Below, one piece after another: positions 42,115 to 51,855 of a stretch of 64,000 nt of DNA (position 1 is its first letter; each line of letters begins with the position of its first letter). A program made the translations under genes and the position numbers. Source of the stretch: Polyangiales bacterium (GTDB lineage: Bacteria > Myxococcota_A > Polyangia > Polyangiales > Ga0077539); assembly GCA_044229975.1 (NCBI GenBank), contig JBGARZ010000002.1:896001-960000 (forward strand), given 5' to 3'. The notes below the pieces were generated by a model, which saw only the letters and a program-made list of their open reading frames with translations, was not told the origin of the DNA and searched no databases.

Positions 42115-42172
42115 GGAGAAGAACCTCTCGGTGAATCGGTGGGGGCGTCGAAGCATTCGTTGGAGAATGCTC

Positions 42173-42200
42173 TTGCGTCCTGCAACCGTGGGTGTAGAAG
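42173..42200 (+). promoter_or_regulatory. Possible sigma70-type promoter for tRNA-Pro
   Basis: TTGCGT-N16-TAGAAG upstream of the tRNA leader. Confidence 0.35.
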
Positions 42201-42235
42201 AGCGGTCCCTCGCGGGCAACCGTGGATGGGTGGTT

Positions 42236-42313
<78 letters not shown>

Positions 42314-42412
42314 TTTTGATGGTCCACCCACTCATCCACGGTTGCCCCAACGAGGCCTCACGCTTCAATCGCTCGCATCCATGAGCGACGTGTGATCGCC
42401 TCATCACCCACC

Positions 42413-43171
42413 ATGACCACCGACCGTCCCCTGCTGCTCCTCAGCAACGACGACGGCGTCCACGCCGAGGGGCTCCGCCGTCTCGCCGACGCCGTGAGCG
42501 CCCTCGGTGACGTCATCATCGTCGCGCCCGCCACCGAGCAGTCGACCCGCTCGCACTCGCTCACCCTGCACCGCCCGCTGCGCCTGCAGCCGTTGACCCC
42601 CAACGTGTGGTCCGTCGACGGAACGCCCGCTGACTGCACCTACGTCGCCCTGCACCATCGCTCGATGCTTCCCCGGCGGCCGACGCTGGTGCTCAGCGGC
42701 ATCAACCACGGCCCCAACCTGGGCAGCGACGTCTTCTACTCAGGCACCGTCGCCGCCGCGCGCGAGGCCGCCTTCCGCGGCATCCCCGCGATGGCCCTCT
42801 CCATGCCGTCGAGCGCCGATCCCGCCGTCTGCGCCGCGCTCGCGGTGCCCTTCGTCGCGCGCATGCTCGCGGCGCTGACGCGAACGCCCACCGCCGCGAC
42901 GCCGCTGCTCAACCTCAACTTCCCGCACGGCACGCCGAAGGGTGCGCGCACGACGCGGCTCGGCGTCCGTGCGTACGAAGACCTGGTCGAAGAGCGACAA
43001 GACCCGCGCGGTCGGCAGTACCTCTGGATCGGCGGCCCGAGCGTGCATCACCCGAGCGTCCCGGAGAGCGACACGGGGGCCTTCGACGAGGGCTTCGTGT
43101 CTCTGTCAGCGCTGCGACTCGACATGGACACCAACGGCTTCGCGCCCTTCGTCGACGCCGTCGCGGGCTGA
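42413..43171 (+). CDS. surE: 5'/3'-nucleotidase SurE
   Basis: LLSNDDG, GTPADC, SGINHGPNLG, YSGTVAAA. Confidence 0.95.
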   Translation: MTTDRPLLLLSNDDGVHAEGLRRLADAVSALGDVIIVAPATEQSTRSHSLTLHRPLRLQPLTPNVWSVDGTPADCTYVALHHRSMLPRRPTLVLSGINHGPNLGSDVFYSGTVAAAREAAFRGIPAMALSMPSSADPAVCAALAVPFVARMLAALTRTPTAATPLLNLNFPHGTPKGARTTRLGVRAYEDLVEERQDPRGRQYLWIGGPSVHHPSVPESDTGAFDEGFVSLSALRLDMDTNGFAPFVDAVAG

Positions 43172-43220
43172 CGCCGAGACCGTTGCGCCGCGGGGCGAAT
43201 CCGGGCTCCCATGCGGGGCC

Positions 43221-43739
43221 ATGGACAACGTCTTCTCGCTGGTGCGCGACGTCCCGGACTTCCCCAAGCCGGGCATCATCTTCAAGGATCTCACGCCGGT
43301 GTTTCGCGACCCGGCGGCCTTCCGCGCGCTCATCGACGCGCTCGCGGCGCCGTACCTCGACGCGGGCGTCGAGGCGGTGCTCGGCATCGAGGCGCGCGGC
43401 TTCATCCTGGGCGCGGCCGTCGCACTGCGACTGGGTGCGGGCTTCGTCCCGGCGCGCAAGCCCGGCAAGCTCCCGGCGGCCACCGACCGCGAGGCGTACT
43501 CGCTCGAATACGGAACCGACGCGCTCGAACTGCACCGCGGCAGCTTCGCGAAGGGTGACCGCGTGCTGGTGGTCGACGACGTCATCGCCACGGGAGGGAC
43601 GGCGCGCGCCGCCCTCGCCCTCGCGCAACGCCAGGAGGCGCTGGTGGTCGGGGCGGTGTTCGCCATCGAGCTCGACTTCCTCCACGGGCGCGACCTGCTA
43701 CCCGCGGGCGTGCCGGTGCACAGCCTCCTGCACATCTGA
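43221..43739 (+). CDS. apt: Adenine phosphoribosyltransferase
   Basis: PDFPKPGIIFKD, EARGF, RKPGKLP, YSLEYG, VDDVIATGGT. Confidence 0.96.
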   Translation: MDNVFSLVRDVPDFPKPGIIFKDLTPVFRDPAAFRALIDALAAPYLDAGVEAVLGIEARGFILGAAVALRLGAGFVPARKPGKLPAATDREAYSLEYGTDALELHRGSFAKGDRVLVVDDVIATGGTARAALALAQRQEALVVGAVFAIELDFLHGRDLLPAGVPVHSLLHI

Positions 43740-43782
43740 CGGGCGGGTGTGCCGTCGCGCGGGTGTGCGCTAGCATCGCCGC

Positions 43783-44457
43783 GTGCAATGGCTGCTCTTC
43801 GCGCTCCTGGTCGTCGGTAGCTCCCTCGCGTCGTTCGCCTATCGCGAGCGGCGCTACCGCAAGCGCTGGCAGAACGTCGAGCTGCCCGCCGTCACCGTCG
43901 GTCAAGGGGCATACCGCGAGGGCCCCGCGTCGGGCGCCATGATGCCCAGCGCACCGCTCGCCTTGCGGGTCGCCGCGCTGACCTGCCTCGTCTACGGGCG
44001 CGGCGTCACCACGGCGCTCGTGATCACGGGCCTGCTCCTCGCCACCAAGCGGACAACGCAGCTCCAATCCATGGCTGACGCGCCGCTCCCGCTACACGCG
44101 CTGGTCGGGTATCTCGCCGGCGGCTACGGCGTCGGCGCCATCGCCGCGATCGTGCTGGCCGCGATGGTCCTCGGGGCCGGCAACGACCTCCTCGTCCGCA
44201 ACCACCGCCACGCGTATCGCCGCACCCGCAACGTCGCCGTCGCATCGCTCCTGCTGCACGGCTTCGTCTGGGCGAACATCACCTTCCACGGTCACATCGT
44301 CGCGCGCAGCGCCCGCGAAGTCGCGGAGTCCCTCGCCGTCGCCAGGACCTTCGCGCCCTTCGCCTTCGGCCACGCCGCGCTCCTGCTGGGCCTCGCCTTC
44401 GCCTACAAGGCCAAGCTCTCGGCGCTCACCCCCGCCGAGCGCAAGCTGGAGCTGTAG
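43783..44457 (+). CDS. Hypothetical multi-TM membrane protein
   Basis: 224-aa ORF with 4-5 hydrophobic segments. Confidence 0.7.
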   Translation: MQWLLFALLVVGSSLASFAYRERRYRKRWQNVELPAVTVGQGAYREGPASGAMMPSAPLALRVAALTCLVYGRGVTTALVITGLLLATKRTTQLQSMADAPLPLHALVGYLAGGYGVGAIAAIVLAAMVLGAGNDLLVRNHRHAYRRTRNVAVASLLLHGFVWANITFHGHIVARSAREVAESLAVARTFAPFAFGHAALLLGLAFAYKAKLSALTPAERKLEL

Positions 44458-44458
44458 G

Positions 44459-44944
44459 TCAGCTCTTCTCGATCGCGACGTCGACGAGCGTCGGCTTCAC
44501 CAACGCCACCAGCGCCTTTGGGTCGAGGCCCACGAGAAAGCCGCGGCTGCCGCCGTTGAGGTAGATGCGCGGCAGGTCGAGCACCGTGCGTTCGACGTAC
44601 ACGGGCATCGCGCGGCGCGTGCCGAGCGGGCTCGTCCCGCCCACCTGGTAGCCCGAGTGCCGGTCGGCCACGTCGGGCTTGCACGGCTGAACGCTGCGAG
44701 CGCCCACCACCCGCGCGAGCTCCTTGGTGCTCACCTCGCGATCGCCGTGCATCAGCACCACCAGCGGGCGCTTCTGGTCGTCCTCCATCACCAGCGTCTT
44801 GATGATCGAGTGCTCCTCGACGCCGAGCTCGCGCGCCGAGACGCGCGTTCCACCGCGGTCTTCGTAGCGGTAGAAGTGCTCGGTGTAGGGGACGCCCTGC
44901 TGCTTGAGCAGGCGCGTGGCGTTGGTGCTCGGGGCGCGCTCCAT
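44459..44944 (-). CDS. ybaK: Cys-tRNA(Pro) deacylase
   Basis: TNATRLL, IKTLV, GYQVGGTSPLG, NGGSRG. Confidence 0.92.
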   Translation of the reverse strand: MERAPSTNATRLLKQQGVPYTEHFYRYEDRGGTRVSARELGVEEHSIIKTLVMEDDQKRPLVVLMHGDREVSTKELARVVGARSVQPCKPDVADRHSGYQVGGTSPLGTRRAMPVYVERTVLDLPRIYLNGGSRGFLVGLDPKALVALVKPTLVDVAIEKS

Positions 44945-44957
44945 GCCGACGACCGAC

Positions 44958-45944
44958 TCAGCGAGGGAAGAGGGCCACGCGGACGCCCTGGTCGGCTGGA
45001 ACAGGCGCATCGGCGCCGCGGGTGCACTGCATGCGCAGCGGGATGAGGTCCTGATACCAGCTCACGACCACCGACGACGGACCGGCATCGACGGAGACCC
45101 AGCGCACCCCGACCTCGCGGCCGATGGCCACGGCGCCCTTCCACTCCGAATGGTCGCGCGTCACCTGGTACAGCTCGACGCGCGCGTCCTGACAACGGCC
45201 GCGCGAGACCGCCGCCCAGCGACCCGCGGCGTCGTCCGGGTCGAGCCCCAACGCCCGCTCGAAGCCCATGAGATCTTCGCCGCGCGTAACCTCCGTGTCG
45301 CCCAGCAGCGCGACCGGAACCGTCCGTCGCGGCTCCACCCGCAACGCCACGCCGCCCAGCGTGACCGTCGGCGCGGGCTCCTCGACGTTTTCGCGCGAGC
45401 GCCGACCCACCGCCGTCAGCGCCCACTCCGACGCGGCGACCTCCAGCTCGCTCGCCGCGCGCTCATCGCTCGCGAAGCCCGTCGCGGTGACGTCGATGGC
45501 GCGCCAGCTCGCCGCCGAGGCGTCCTCCGCGGGCGTCGGCCACACCACCGTCGCCCCACCTACGCGCGGCACCAGCGCCATCGCGGCGCCCGGCGGAACC
45601 CAACGCACGACGTGCCGCGCCACCACCTCGGCCCCGCCTGCCCCCCAACGAACCCAACGCATCTCCGCCGAGCGCGCGTCCTCGGCCGGCAACGCCATCG
45701 CGCTGCGGGCGGCGCCGTCGAGCCAGAGCGCCGGGCTCACCGCTGCGCCGCGCACATCAGCCGCCGCCCACGGCCCCTGCACCGACACGGGCGGGTGCGG
45801 CGTCGGCACATCGGCCGCAGCCACCCGAGCCACCGCGGGCCCTGCGTCGACCACCGCTTCGTGTGTCGACGGTGCGGGCTCGCGCGTGCGACACGCAACC
45901 AGCGCGACACCGACGCTCACCACCACCGCACCGACGCGCGTCAC
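44958..45944 (-). CDS. Hypothetical lipoprotein
   Basis: Lipobox LVAC; translationally coupled to the upstream formyltransferase gene. Confidence 0.65.
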   Translation of the reverse strand: MTRVGAVVVSVGVALVACRTREPAPSTHEAVVDAGPAVARVAAADVPTPHPPVSVQGPWAAADVRGAAVSPALWLDGAARSAMALPAEDARSAEMRWVRWGAGGAEVVARHVVRWVPPGAAMALVPRVGGATVVWPTPAEDASAASWRAIDVTATGFASDERAASELEVAASEWALTAVGRRSRENVEEPAPTVTLGGVALRVEPRRTVPVALLGDTEVTRGEDLMGFERALGLDPDDAAGRWAAVSRGRCQDARVELYQVTRDHSEWKGAVAIGREVGVRWVSVDAGPSSVVVSWYQDLIPLRMQCTRGADAPVPADQGVRVALFPR

Positions 45945-46849
45945 CGGCCGACCCTCTCCAGGCCGGGCAGCAGCGCGGCCACGTTTTCACCCGTCAGCAT
46001 CGTGTCGCTGTCCTCGCTGCGCGCCCGCGTCAGGATCACCGCCTCGCCGCCGCCACAGGCCACCACGACCCCTTCCGGCAACCAGGCAACGTCGCCGGGT
46101 TCGAGACCCCGCGGGGGGGACGGATAGGGCTCCGCATCGAGCACCACAAGTGTCCCCTCGCCCAGTCCCGTGAAGGCGCCGGGCTCGGGGGCGGCCGCTC
46201 GGATGCGCGCCACCACGCGAGCCGCCGGGTGGTCCCAGATGATCTCGCAGTCGTCGTCGGTGGGGCGCGGCGCCTCGGTGGCGTCGGGCTCGTGCTGCGG
46301 CGTTCCGTCGGACGCGAACATCCCCTGCGCGATGCCCGCCACCACGTCGCGCACGGCCTCCAGGGAGGGGCGGTCGAGGGCGCGCGCGAGGTGCCACGCG
46401 TTGACCTTCGGCGGCACCGCGACCCTGCGCTGCAAGAGGATCGGGCCCTCGTCGTAGGCGTCGGTGATGCGATGCACCGTGACGCCGGTCTCCGCGTCCT
46501 CGCGGTAGAGCGTCCAGAAGTACGGGTCGGGGCCGCGGTGCCGCGGGAGCAGCGACGGGTGCACGTTGATGCCGCCGTGGGGCGCGAGCGCCACCAGCGT
46601 CGCGGGGATGCGCCGCGTCCAGAACCAGCTCACCACCAGGTCGGGATCGGTCGACGCGAGCAGCGACTGCACGCCCGGCTGGGTGAGGTCGGGGCGACCC
46701 AACAACGGCGCACCGGTGGCAGCGAGCGCGCGACGCAGACGCGAGACGCCGGGGGCGTTGGGGCGGGAGATGCACGCGCCGACGATCTGGTGCCCCTCGC
46801 GCAGGAGCATGAGGGCGCCGATCGGCATGCCCAGGTAGAGGATTCTCAT
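45941..46849 (-). CDS. Methionyl-tRNA-formyltransferase-like protein (Fmt family)
   Basis: INVHPSLLPRHRGPDP, ETGVTVH, YDEGPI, C-terminal IRA..PEPGAF. Confidence 0.82.
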   Translation of the reverse strand: MRILYLGMPIGALMLLREGHQIVGACISRPNAPGVSRLRRALAATGAPLLGRPDLTQPGVQSLLASTDPDLVVSWFWTRRIPATLVALAPHGGINVHPSLLPRHRGPDPYFWTLYREDAETGVTVHRITDAYDEGPILLQRRVAVPPKVNAWHLARALDRPSLEAVRDVVAGIAQGMFASDGTPQHEPDATEAPRPTDDDCEIIWDHPAARVVARIRAAAPEPGAFTGLGEGTLVVLDAEPYPSPPRGLEPGDVAWLPEGVVVACGGGEAVILTRARSEDSDTMLTGENVAALLPGLERVGR

Positions 46850-48426
46850 GGTTCGTTTCCGCCGAAGGTGTAGAGCGCCCACGGCACGAGTTCGGCAAAG
46901 GGACAGCGCCCCCCAAGGGGCCGGGCATCGAGGGCGCCGTCGGGCTCAGCCGCGCCGACGTCGGCCATCACCAGCACGGTCGTGCGGCCGGTGAAGCCGC
47001 CCGCGTACGAGCGCATGGCGGCGAGGGCGTTGTGCTCCGCGCGGGTCGCGACCTCGTCGAGCGAAGCGGGTTCGCCGAGGGCCGTCGCGTAGACGGCGAG
47101 GCGCGTCGCCTCGGAGCCGCCGAGCGCCACGCGGGTCGATGACGACAGGGTGGTCGGAGCGTCGGCGAGCGAGCGCGTGACGCCGCCCTCCAGGCGATGA
47201 AAGCCTAGCGGCGACAGCACCTTCGCTTCGAGGCGCGCCATGAGGTCGACGCGCAGCCCCGGCAGCACCCACCACGCGGACGCCCGCGCCCCGTCCGCCT
47301 CCGCGGCGCGACGCAGCCGGTCGGCCCAGCGCGCCGGATCATCGGACTCACCACGCACCGCGCTCCAGCCCGCTCGGAGATCGGCGAGGGCTGCACGCGT
47401 CGCGAGCTGCATACGCGGCGATGGCTCACCGAGCGACGTGGTCTGCGCCAGCACGCTTCGCAGCAGCGGGAGCTGGGCAGGGCCGCCGAGCAGCCGGGTC
47501 ACGAAGGCGTCGCGGGTGGTGGCGGGATGCGTGCGCAGCGAGCGCGCCTCGGGCAGCAACGAGGTGACGCGCACCGAGGCCGTGAGGGTGCCGCGCCAGC
47601 GGGCGATCTCATCCGCGTCGACCGCGATGGCCGACGGGGGGATGGACGGCGTTCGGGGAGCCGCGGGCGAGGGCGCGGGCCACTCCAGCGGCATGGCCTC
47701 GGGAACAAGCGGAGGGTTGAGCGGCGAGGAGAAGACCACCACGGTGTCGTCGTCGACGCGGTCGTCCGACGGGTGCGGCAGGTCGAGCCAGCCGAAGATG
47801 GCACGCACCAGCGAGTCGGGTGCGAACGACCGCCCGGCGAGAGTGGTGACCAGCGACGCCGGGTCGCGCGTCACCGTCGGAGGCGCACCGAGGCTCACGT
47901 GATGGGCGAAGGCGTCGCGCAAAGACGGGGCGAGCGCGGGGGTTCCGGAGGCAGAGGATGCGGCGGCCGAGGCGACGACGGTGAGCGCGCGAGAGGCGCA
48001 GGCCGCGAGGAGCGACGCGACCTCCGGGGTGACCTCGTCGACGCCGGTGCGACCGCGACGATCAACCTGTCGTTGGAGCTCGTCGAGCACGACCACGACG
48101 CCGAAGAAGCGGACCGTGCGGGCGCGGAAGATCCAGCCGCCGAGGTGGCGAAGGAGGCCGCCGCCGCGGTCGTCGTAGAGGCCACCGGGCGCGCGGGCCT
48201 GCGTGAGCGCGCTCTCGATGGCGTCGTGGATGCGACCGATGGCATCAGGCGAGGTCGATGTGCCGGAGGCGACGCGCACCACGAGCGGGCCGTCGGGGAG
48301 CGCCGCGAGCGAACGTGCGACCTCGTCGAGGCACCGAGCTCGTTCGGCGCGGGAGCCGCCTCCGAACAGAAGGGTGGTTCCGCCGTCGGGCAACGGGCGC
48401 AGGGACTCGGTCGAGGGAGGCGTCAC
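46846..48426 (-). CDS. Hypothetical protein; degenerate P-loop-like N-terminus and PglZ-like C-terminus (inferred)
   Basis: 526-aa ORF with ATGA overlap to the next gene; GVVVVLDEL; WVLPGLRVDL, VLVMADVG, GG.CPFAELVPW. Confidence 0.55.
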   Translation of the reverse strand: MTPPSTESLRPLPDGGTTLLFGGGSRAERARCLDEVARSLAALPDGPLVVRVASGTSTSPDAIGRIHDAIESALTQARAPGGLYDDRGGGLLRHLGGWIFRARTVRFFGVVVVLDELQRQVDRRGRTGVDEVTPEVASLLAACASRALTVVASAAASSASGTPALAPSLRDAFAHHVSLGAPPTVTRDPASLVTTLAGRSFAPDSLVRAIFGWLDLPHPSDDRVDDDTVVVFSSPLNPPLVPEAMPLEWPAPSPAAPRTPSIPPSAIAVDADEIARWRGTLTASVRVTSLLPEARSLRTHPATTRDAFVTRLLGGPAQLPLLRSVLAQTTSLGEPSPRMQLATRAALADLRAGWSAVRGESDDPARWADRLRRAAEADGARASAWWVLPGLRVDLMARLEAKVLSPLGFHRLEGGVTRSLADAPTTLSSSTRVALGGSEATRLAVYATALGEPASLDEVATRAEHNALAAMRSYAGGFTGRTTVLVMADVGAAEPDGALDARPLGGRCPFAELVPWALYTFGGNEP

Positions 48427-48524
48427 GGGAGAACCGCGGAGGGTAGAGGGCGCGGGCCCACCGTCGCAAGGGCGACGACGAACGTGATTGTCCGCGGAGC
48501 AGTGGCTCCCGTAGCATCGCCGCC

Positions 48525-48941
48525 ATGGCGACGACCCAGCCCCCCACGATGCGAACGATCCGGGTGGTGGCCGCGGTCATCGAGCGCGACGGCCGCTACC
48601 TCATCACCCAGCGACGACCCGCGGCGGTGCTTCCTCTGCTGTGGGAGTTTCCCGGCGGTCGGGTGGAGGAGGGGGAGTCGGACGCCGAGGCCCTCCGACG
48701 AGAGCTGCGCCATCGGCTCGGCGCGGAGATCGAGGTCGGCGCGCTCATCTCCTTCGTGACGCACACCTACGAGACCTACGCGGTCGACCTGCACCTCTAC
48801 GACTGTGAGCTGCGCGTCGAGGCCCTCCACGCCGCGGCCGTCCACGCCTTCGAGTGGGTTCGCTCCGACGAGTTCGAGCGCTACCCCTTCACGCCCGCCG
48901 ACGAGGCCTCCATGGCGCGCCTCCTCGAGGTCGACGACTGA
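48525..48941 (+). CDS. NUDIX hydrolase, MutT/NudG-like
   Basis: WEFPGGRVEEGES..ALRREL Nudix box, PAD motif. Confidence 0.9.
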   Translation: MATTQPPTMRTIRVVAAVIERDGRYLITQRRPAAVLPLLWEFPGGRVEEGESDAEALRRELRHRLGAEIEVGALISFVTHTYETYAVDLHLYDCELRVEALHAAAVHAFEWVRSDEFERYPFTPADEASMARLLEVDD

Positions 48942-48982
48942 AGCATGCGGCGCCCGACGCTCGTGCCTATGCTCCCCGCACC

Positions 48983-49726
48983 ATGAAGCAATGCACCGTC
49001 TGCGGCGCCCCGATGCCCCCCGGCGAGCTCGTCTGCGGTCACTGCGGGCGCGCCCACTACGCGGCCTCGTGCGAGCGCTGCGGTCAGCCCGCCCCGACGC
49101 TCGTCCGCGGCGGCACCGTCGTCTGCTCGGGCTGCGGCGCGACCCGCGGTCCCCTCTCGGGCGTGCCGCTCAACCTCGTGGGCTCGGCCCATCGCGTGGG
49201 CGGCGTGCTCACGGGCGTGCTCGCGTGGGCGGTGCTGCTCGGCGGCATCGCCGTCGGGGGCATCGTGGGCGCGGTGGTGGCGCTCGTGGCGGCGTTTCTC
49301 AGCGTGTCGGCGTGGGTGGGCTTCGGCACGGGCGTGCTGCTCGGCGGCCTCGCGGCGCTCGCGGCGCTGCTCTTGACGAAGGTCAGCCGCAGCCTGCGGA
49401 CGAAGGGCGATCGGGCCAGGGACGAGGCGTCCGAGCAGGCGATTCTCGCGATGGCGGCGTCGCGCAAGGGCGTGCTGACGACCACCGAGGTGGCGCAAAA
49501 CCTCTCGCTTCCATTGCGCGACGCCGACCGGCTGCTGTCGTCCATGGGCGAGCGGGGCCGGGCGCAGCTCGAAGTCAATGGAGAGGGCCTGCTCCAGTAC
49601 ACCTTCCGCGGGCTCCAGACTTCGGAGCGGACGGGTGTTCGGGTCGACGCCACCACGGCGGCTCGCGAGCGCGTCGACGAGGAGTTCGAGGCGATGTCCG
49701 CGCGGCGACGCGAGGGTCGGCTCTGA
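48983..49726 (+). CDS. Zinc-ribbon membrane protein
   Basis: Four N-terminal CxxC pairs, two TM helices, C-terminal wHTH-like segment. Confidence 0.75.
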   Translation: MKQCTVCGAPMPPGELVCGHCGRAHYAASCERCGQPAPTLVRGGTVVCSGCGATRGPLSGVPLNLVGSAHRVGGVLTGVLAWAVLLGGIAVGGIVGAVVALVAAFLSVSAWVGFGTGVLLGGLAALAALLLTKVSRSLRTKGDRARDEASEQAILAMAASRKGVLTTTEVAQNLSLPLRDADRLLSSMGERGRAQLEVNGEGLLQYTFRGLQTSERTGVRVDATTAARERVDEEFEAMSARRREGRL

Positions 49727-49781
49727 CGGCCATCTCTGCCTGATTCGGGACGGGTGCCCCGACCCGGAGTACCGTCTCGCC

Positions 49782-50630
49782 ATGCGCGCTTGCACGAGCT
49801 TTCTGGCCTTGGCGGGACTCGCGATGGGTTGTGGGGAATCGTCCACGAGGCCGCCGTCGCTTCCGTGTCCTGACGGGGCGATCTGCGCCGGCGGCAACGG
49901 CAACGTCCTGGGCGGCGGCGGGGGGACCACGCCGCTCACCGACGGCGGCACGCGCCCGGACGTTGGTCCGACGACCTTCAACGTCGCGGGGTCGGTGTCG
50001 GTCATCAACGAGCTCCCGCCGACCAGCACCGCCGTGCGACTCGGCGTCGGCGGTTGGACGGTGCGCGCCTCCGACGACCCCGACCCGACGGCGCTCACCC
50101 TCGCGGACGGGACGTTCTTCCTCAGCGCCGTGAGGCCGATCGTCGACGATGCGGGGGTCAACCTCATCGGCGTGCGGGCCATCGCGCCCAACGCCACGAC
50201 CTTCGGGTCCTACCGTCAGGTTCGCGCCGGCGCAGGCAGCGCGACGCTCGACACCTACGGCACCGAGCGCCTGCTCGAAGCCGTCGCAGCCCAAGGGGGC
50301 GCGCCGTCCGCCGACCTCGGCCACGTCGTCGTGCAGATCACCGAGGCGACCGACCCGAGCATCGGTGTTCCCCTGGCGTTGGTGCTCGCGAGCTCGGGCT
50401 CCACGACCTTCTACGACAGCACGCTCACGCCGGGTCAGCTCACGCCCTCCATCGGCACCGGCCCGCGGGGCTTCGCGCTGGTGCTCAACGTCCCCGCCGG
50501 GGACGCCACCAACGGCGGAACGGTCAACCTCAACATCCAGGTTCCGGGCGGCACGCCGACGCCAGCGAGCGTCACCATCCGGGTCTTCCCCAACACCATC
50601 AGCTGGACGACCGTTCGCGTCGTTCGCTGA
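49782..50630 (+). CDS. Hypothetical lipoprotein (beta-sandwich-rich)
   Basis: Lipobox LAMGC; typical codon bias. Confidence 0.72.
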   Translation: MRACTSFLALAGLAMGCGESSTRPPSLPCPDGAICAGGNGNVLGGGGGTTPLTDGGTRPDVGPTTFNVAGSVSVINELPPTSTAVRLGVGGWTVRASDDPDPTALTLADGTFFLSAVRPIVDDAGVNLIGVRAIAPNATTFGSYRQVRAGAGSATLDTYGTERLLEAVAAQGGAPSADLGHVVVQITEATDPSIGVPLALVLASSGSTTFYDSTLTPGQLTPSIGTGPRGFALVLNVPAGDATNGGTVNLNIQVPGGTPTPASVTIRVFPNTISWTTVRVVR

Positions 50631-50642
50631 CCGAGACGCCCG

Positions 50643-51749
50643 TCAGCTTCGCTCGGTCGGATCGACGCCGACGCCCCTCGCCGCGTCGAGCAACGCATCG
50701 AGCCTGAGCCGCGAGGGACGCGTCCAGAGCGCGTCGAGCCCGTCGGGCGCAACGCCCCGCGGCGCAACCCGAGCGCGCAGTCCCGACACCCGTCGGGCGG
50801 CCTCGCCCAGTCGACGAGCGAAGGTCTCGTCGACGCGTGATCGTGCCGCGAGCGCAACGCGCGCCCGCTCCTGGGCGTCGGGGTCACTGCACACCAGCAG
50901 CAGGTCGCAGCCCGCGTCGACCGCGAGCACCGCGGACTCCTCGACGGGCCACCGATCGAGCACGGCGCGCATGAGGAGGTCATCGGAGACGACCACCCGG
51001 TCGGGGCCGAGGCCGAGCTCCTCGCGCAGCAGCGTGGTCATCACCCGCCGCGACAGCGTCGCCGGAACGCTCGGGTCGAGCGCGTCGAAGCGGACGTGGG
51101 CGGTCATGATGGCGTCGACGCCCGCAGCGATGGCGGCGGCGAAGGGCACGAGCTCGACGGCACGCAGCCGCGCGAGGTCGTGGGGCAGCACGGGGAGCTC
51201 GTGGTGGCTGTCGGTCGCGGTGTCGCCGTGCCCCGGGAAGTGCTTCGCGCAAGACAGCACGGCGCCCTCGCGGAGCCCCTCGATCGCGGCGACGGCGTGG
51301 CGCGCGACACCCTCGGATGATCGACCGAAGGAGCGATCGCCGATGACCGGGTTGGCCGGGTTGCTGTCGACGTCACAGACGGGGGCGAGGTTGAAGTTCA
51401 CGCCAAGGGCCGAGAGCTCCTCGGCGAGGGCGCGGTGCAGCTCGCGGGTGAAGGCGAGGTCATCGCGGTCGCCGAGCGCGCGAGCGGGGGGTAGTGCGAT
51501 GACGGGCGAACGCAGGCGGGTGACCCGACCGCCCTCCTGGTCGAGCGCGACGAGCGGGGTCAACGGCGATGCGTCGAGCGAGGCCGTGCAGAGTGATCGC
51601 ACCTGGGCGACGTCGACGATGTTGCGGCGGAAGAAGATCACCCCTGCGAGGCGGCCCTCCGAGAGGCGGCGAGCGATGAGAGCGGGGAGCTCGGGGCCGT
51701 CGAAGCCGCCAACGAGGACGGCGCCAGCTGCCAGGTCGTGAAGGTCCAT
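50643..51749 (-). CDS. nagZ: Beta-N-acetylhexosaminidase (GH3)
   Basis: DQEGGRV, NLAPVCD, KHFPGHGDT..DSH, MTAHV, SDDL.M. Confidence 0.93.
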   Translation of the reverse strand: MDLHDLAAGAVLVGGFDGPELPALIARRLSEGRLAGVIFFRRNIVDVAQVRSLCTASLDASPLTPLVALDQEGGRVTRLRSPVIALPPARALGDRDDLAFTRELHRALAEELSALGVNFNLAPVCDVDSNPANPVIGDRSFGRSSEGVARHAVAAIEGLREGAVLSCAKHFPGHGDTATDSHHELPVLPHDLARLRAVELVPFAAAIAAGVDAIMTAHVRFDALDPSVPATLSRRVMTTLLREELGLGPDRVVVSDDLLMRAVLDRWPVEESAVLAVDAGCDLLLVCSDPDAQERARVALAARSRVDETFARRLGEAARRVSGLRARVAPRGVAPDGLDALWTRPSRLRLDALLDAARGVGVDPTERS

Positions 51750-51855
51750 GACGCCCATCGAAACACGGTTGGCGGGCGTTGGCGCGGTCACCTTTGACGG
51801 GAGACTCGTTGCCTCGGCGGGGATTCGTTCTCTATACTCGGAAGCGGTGCTGCCC

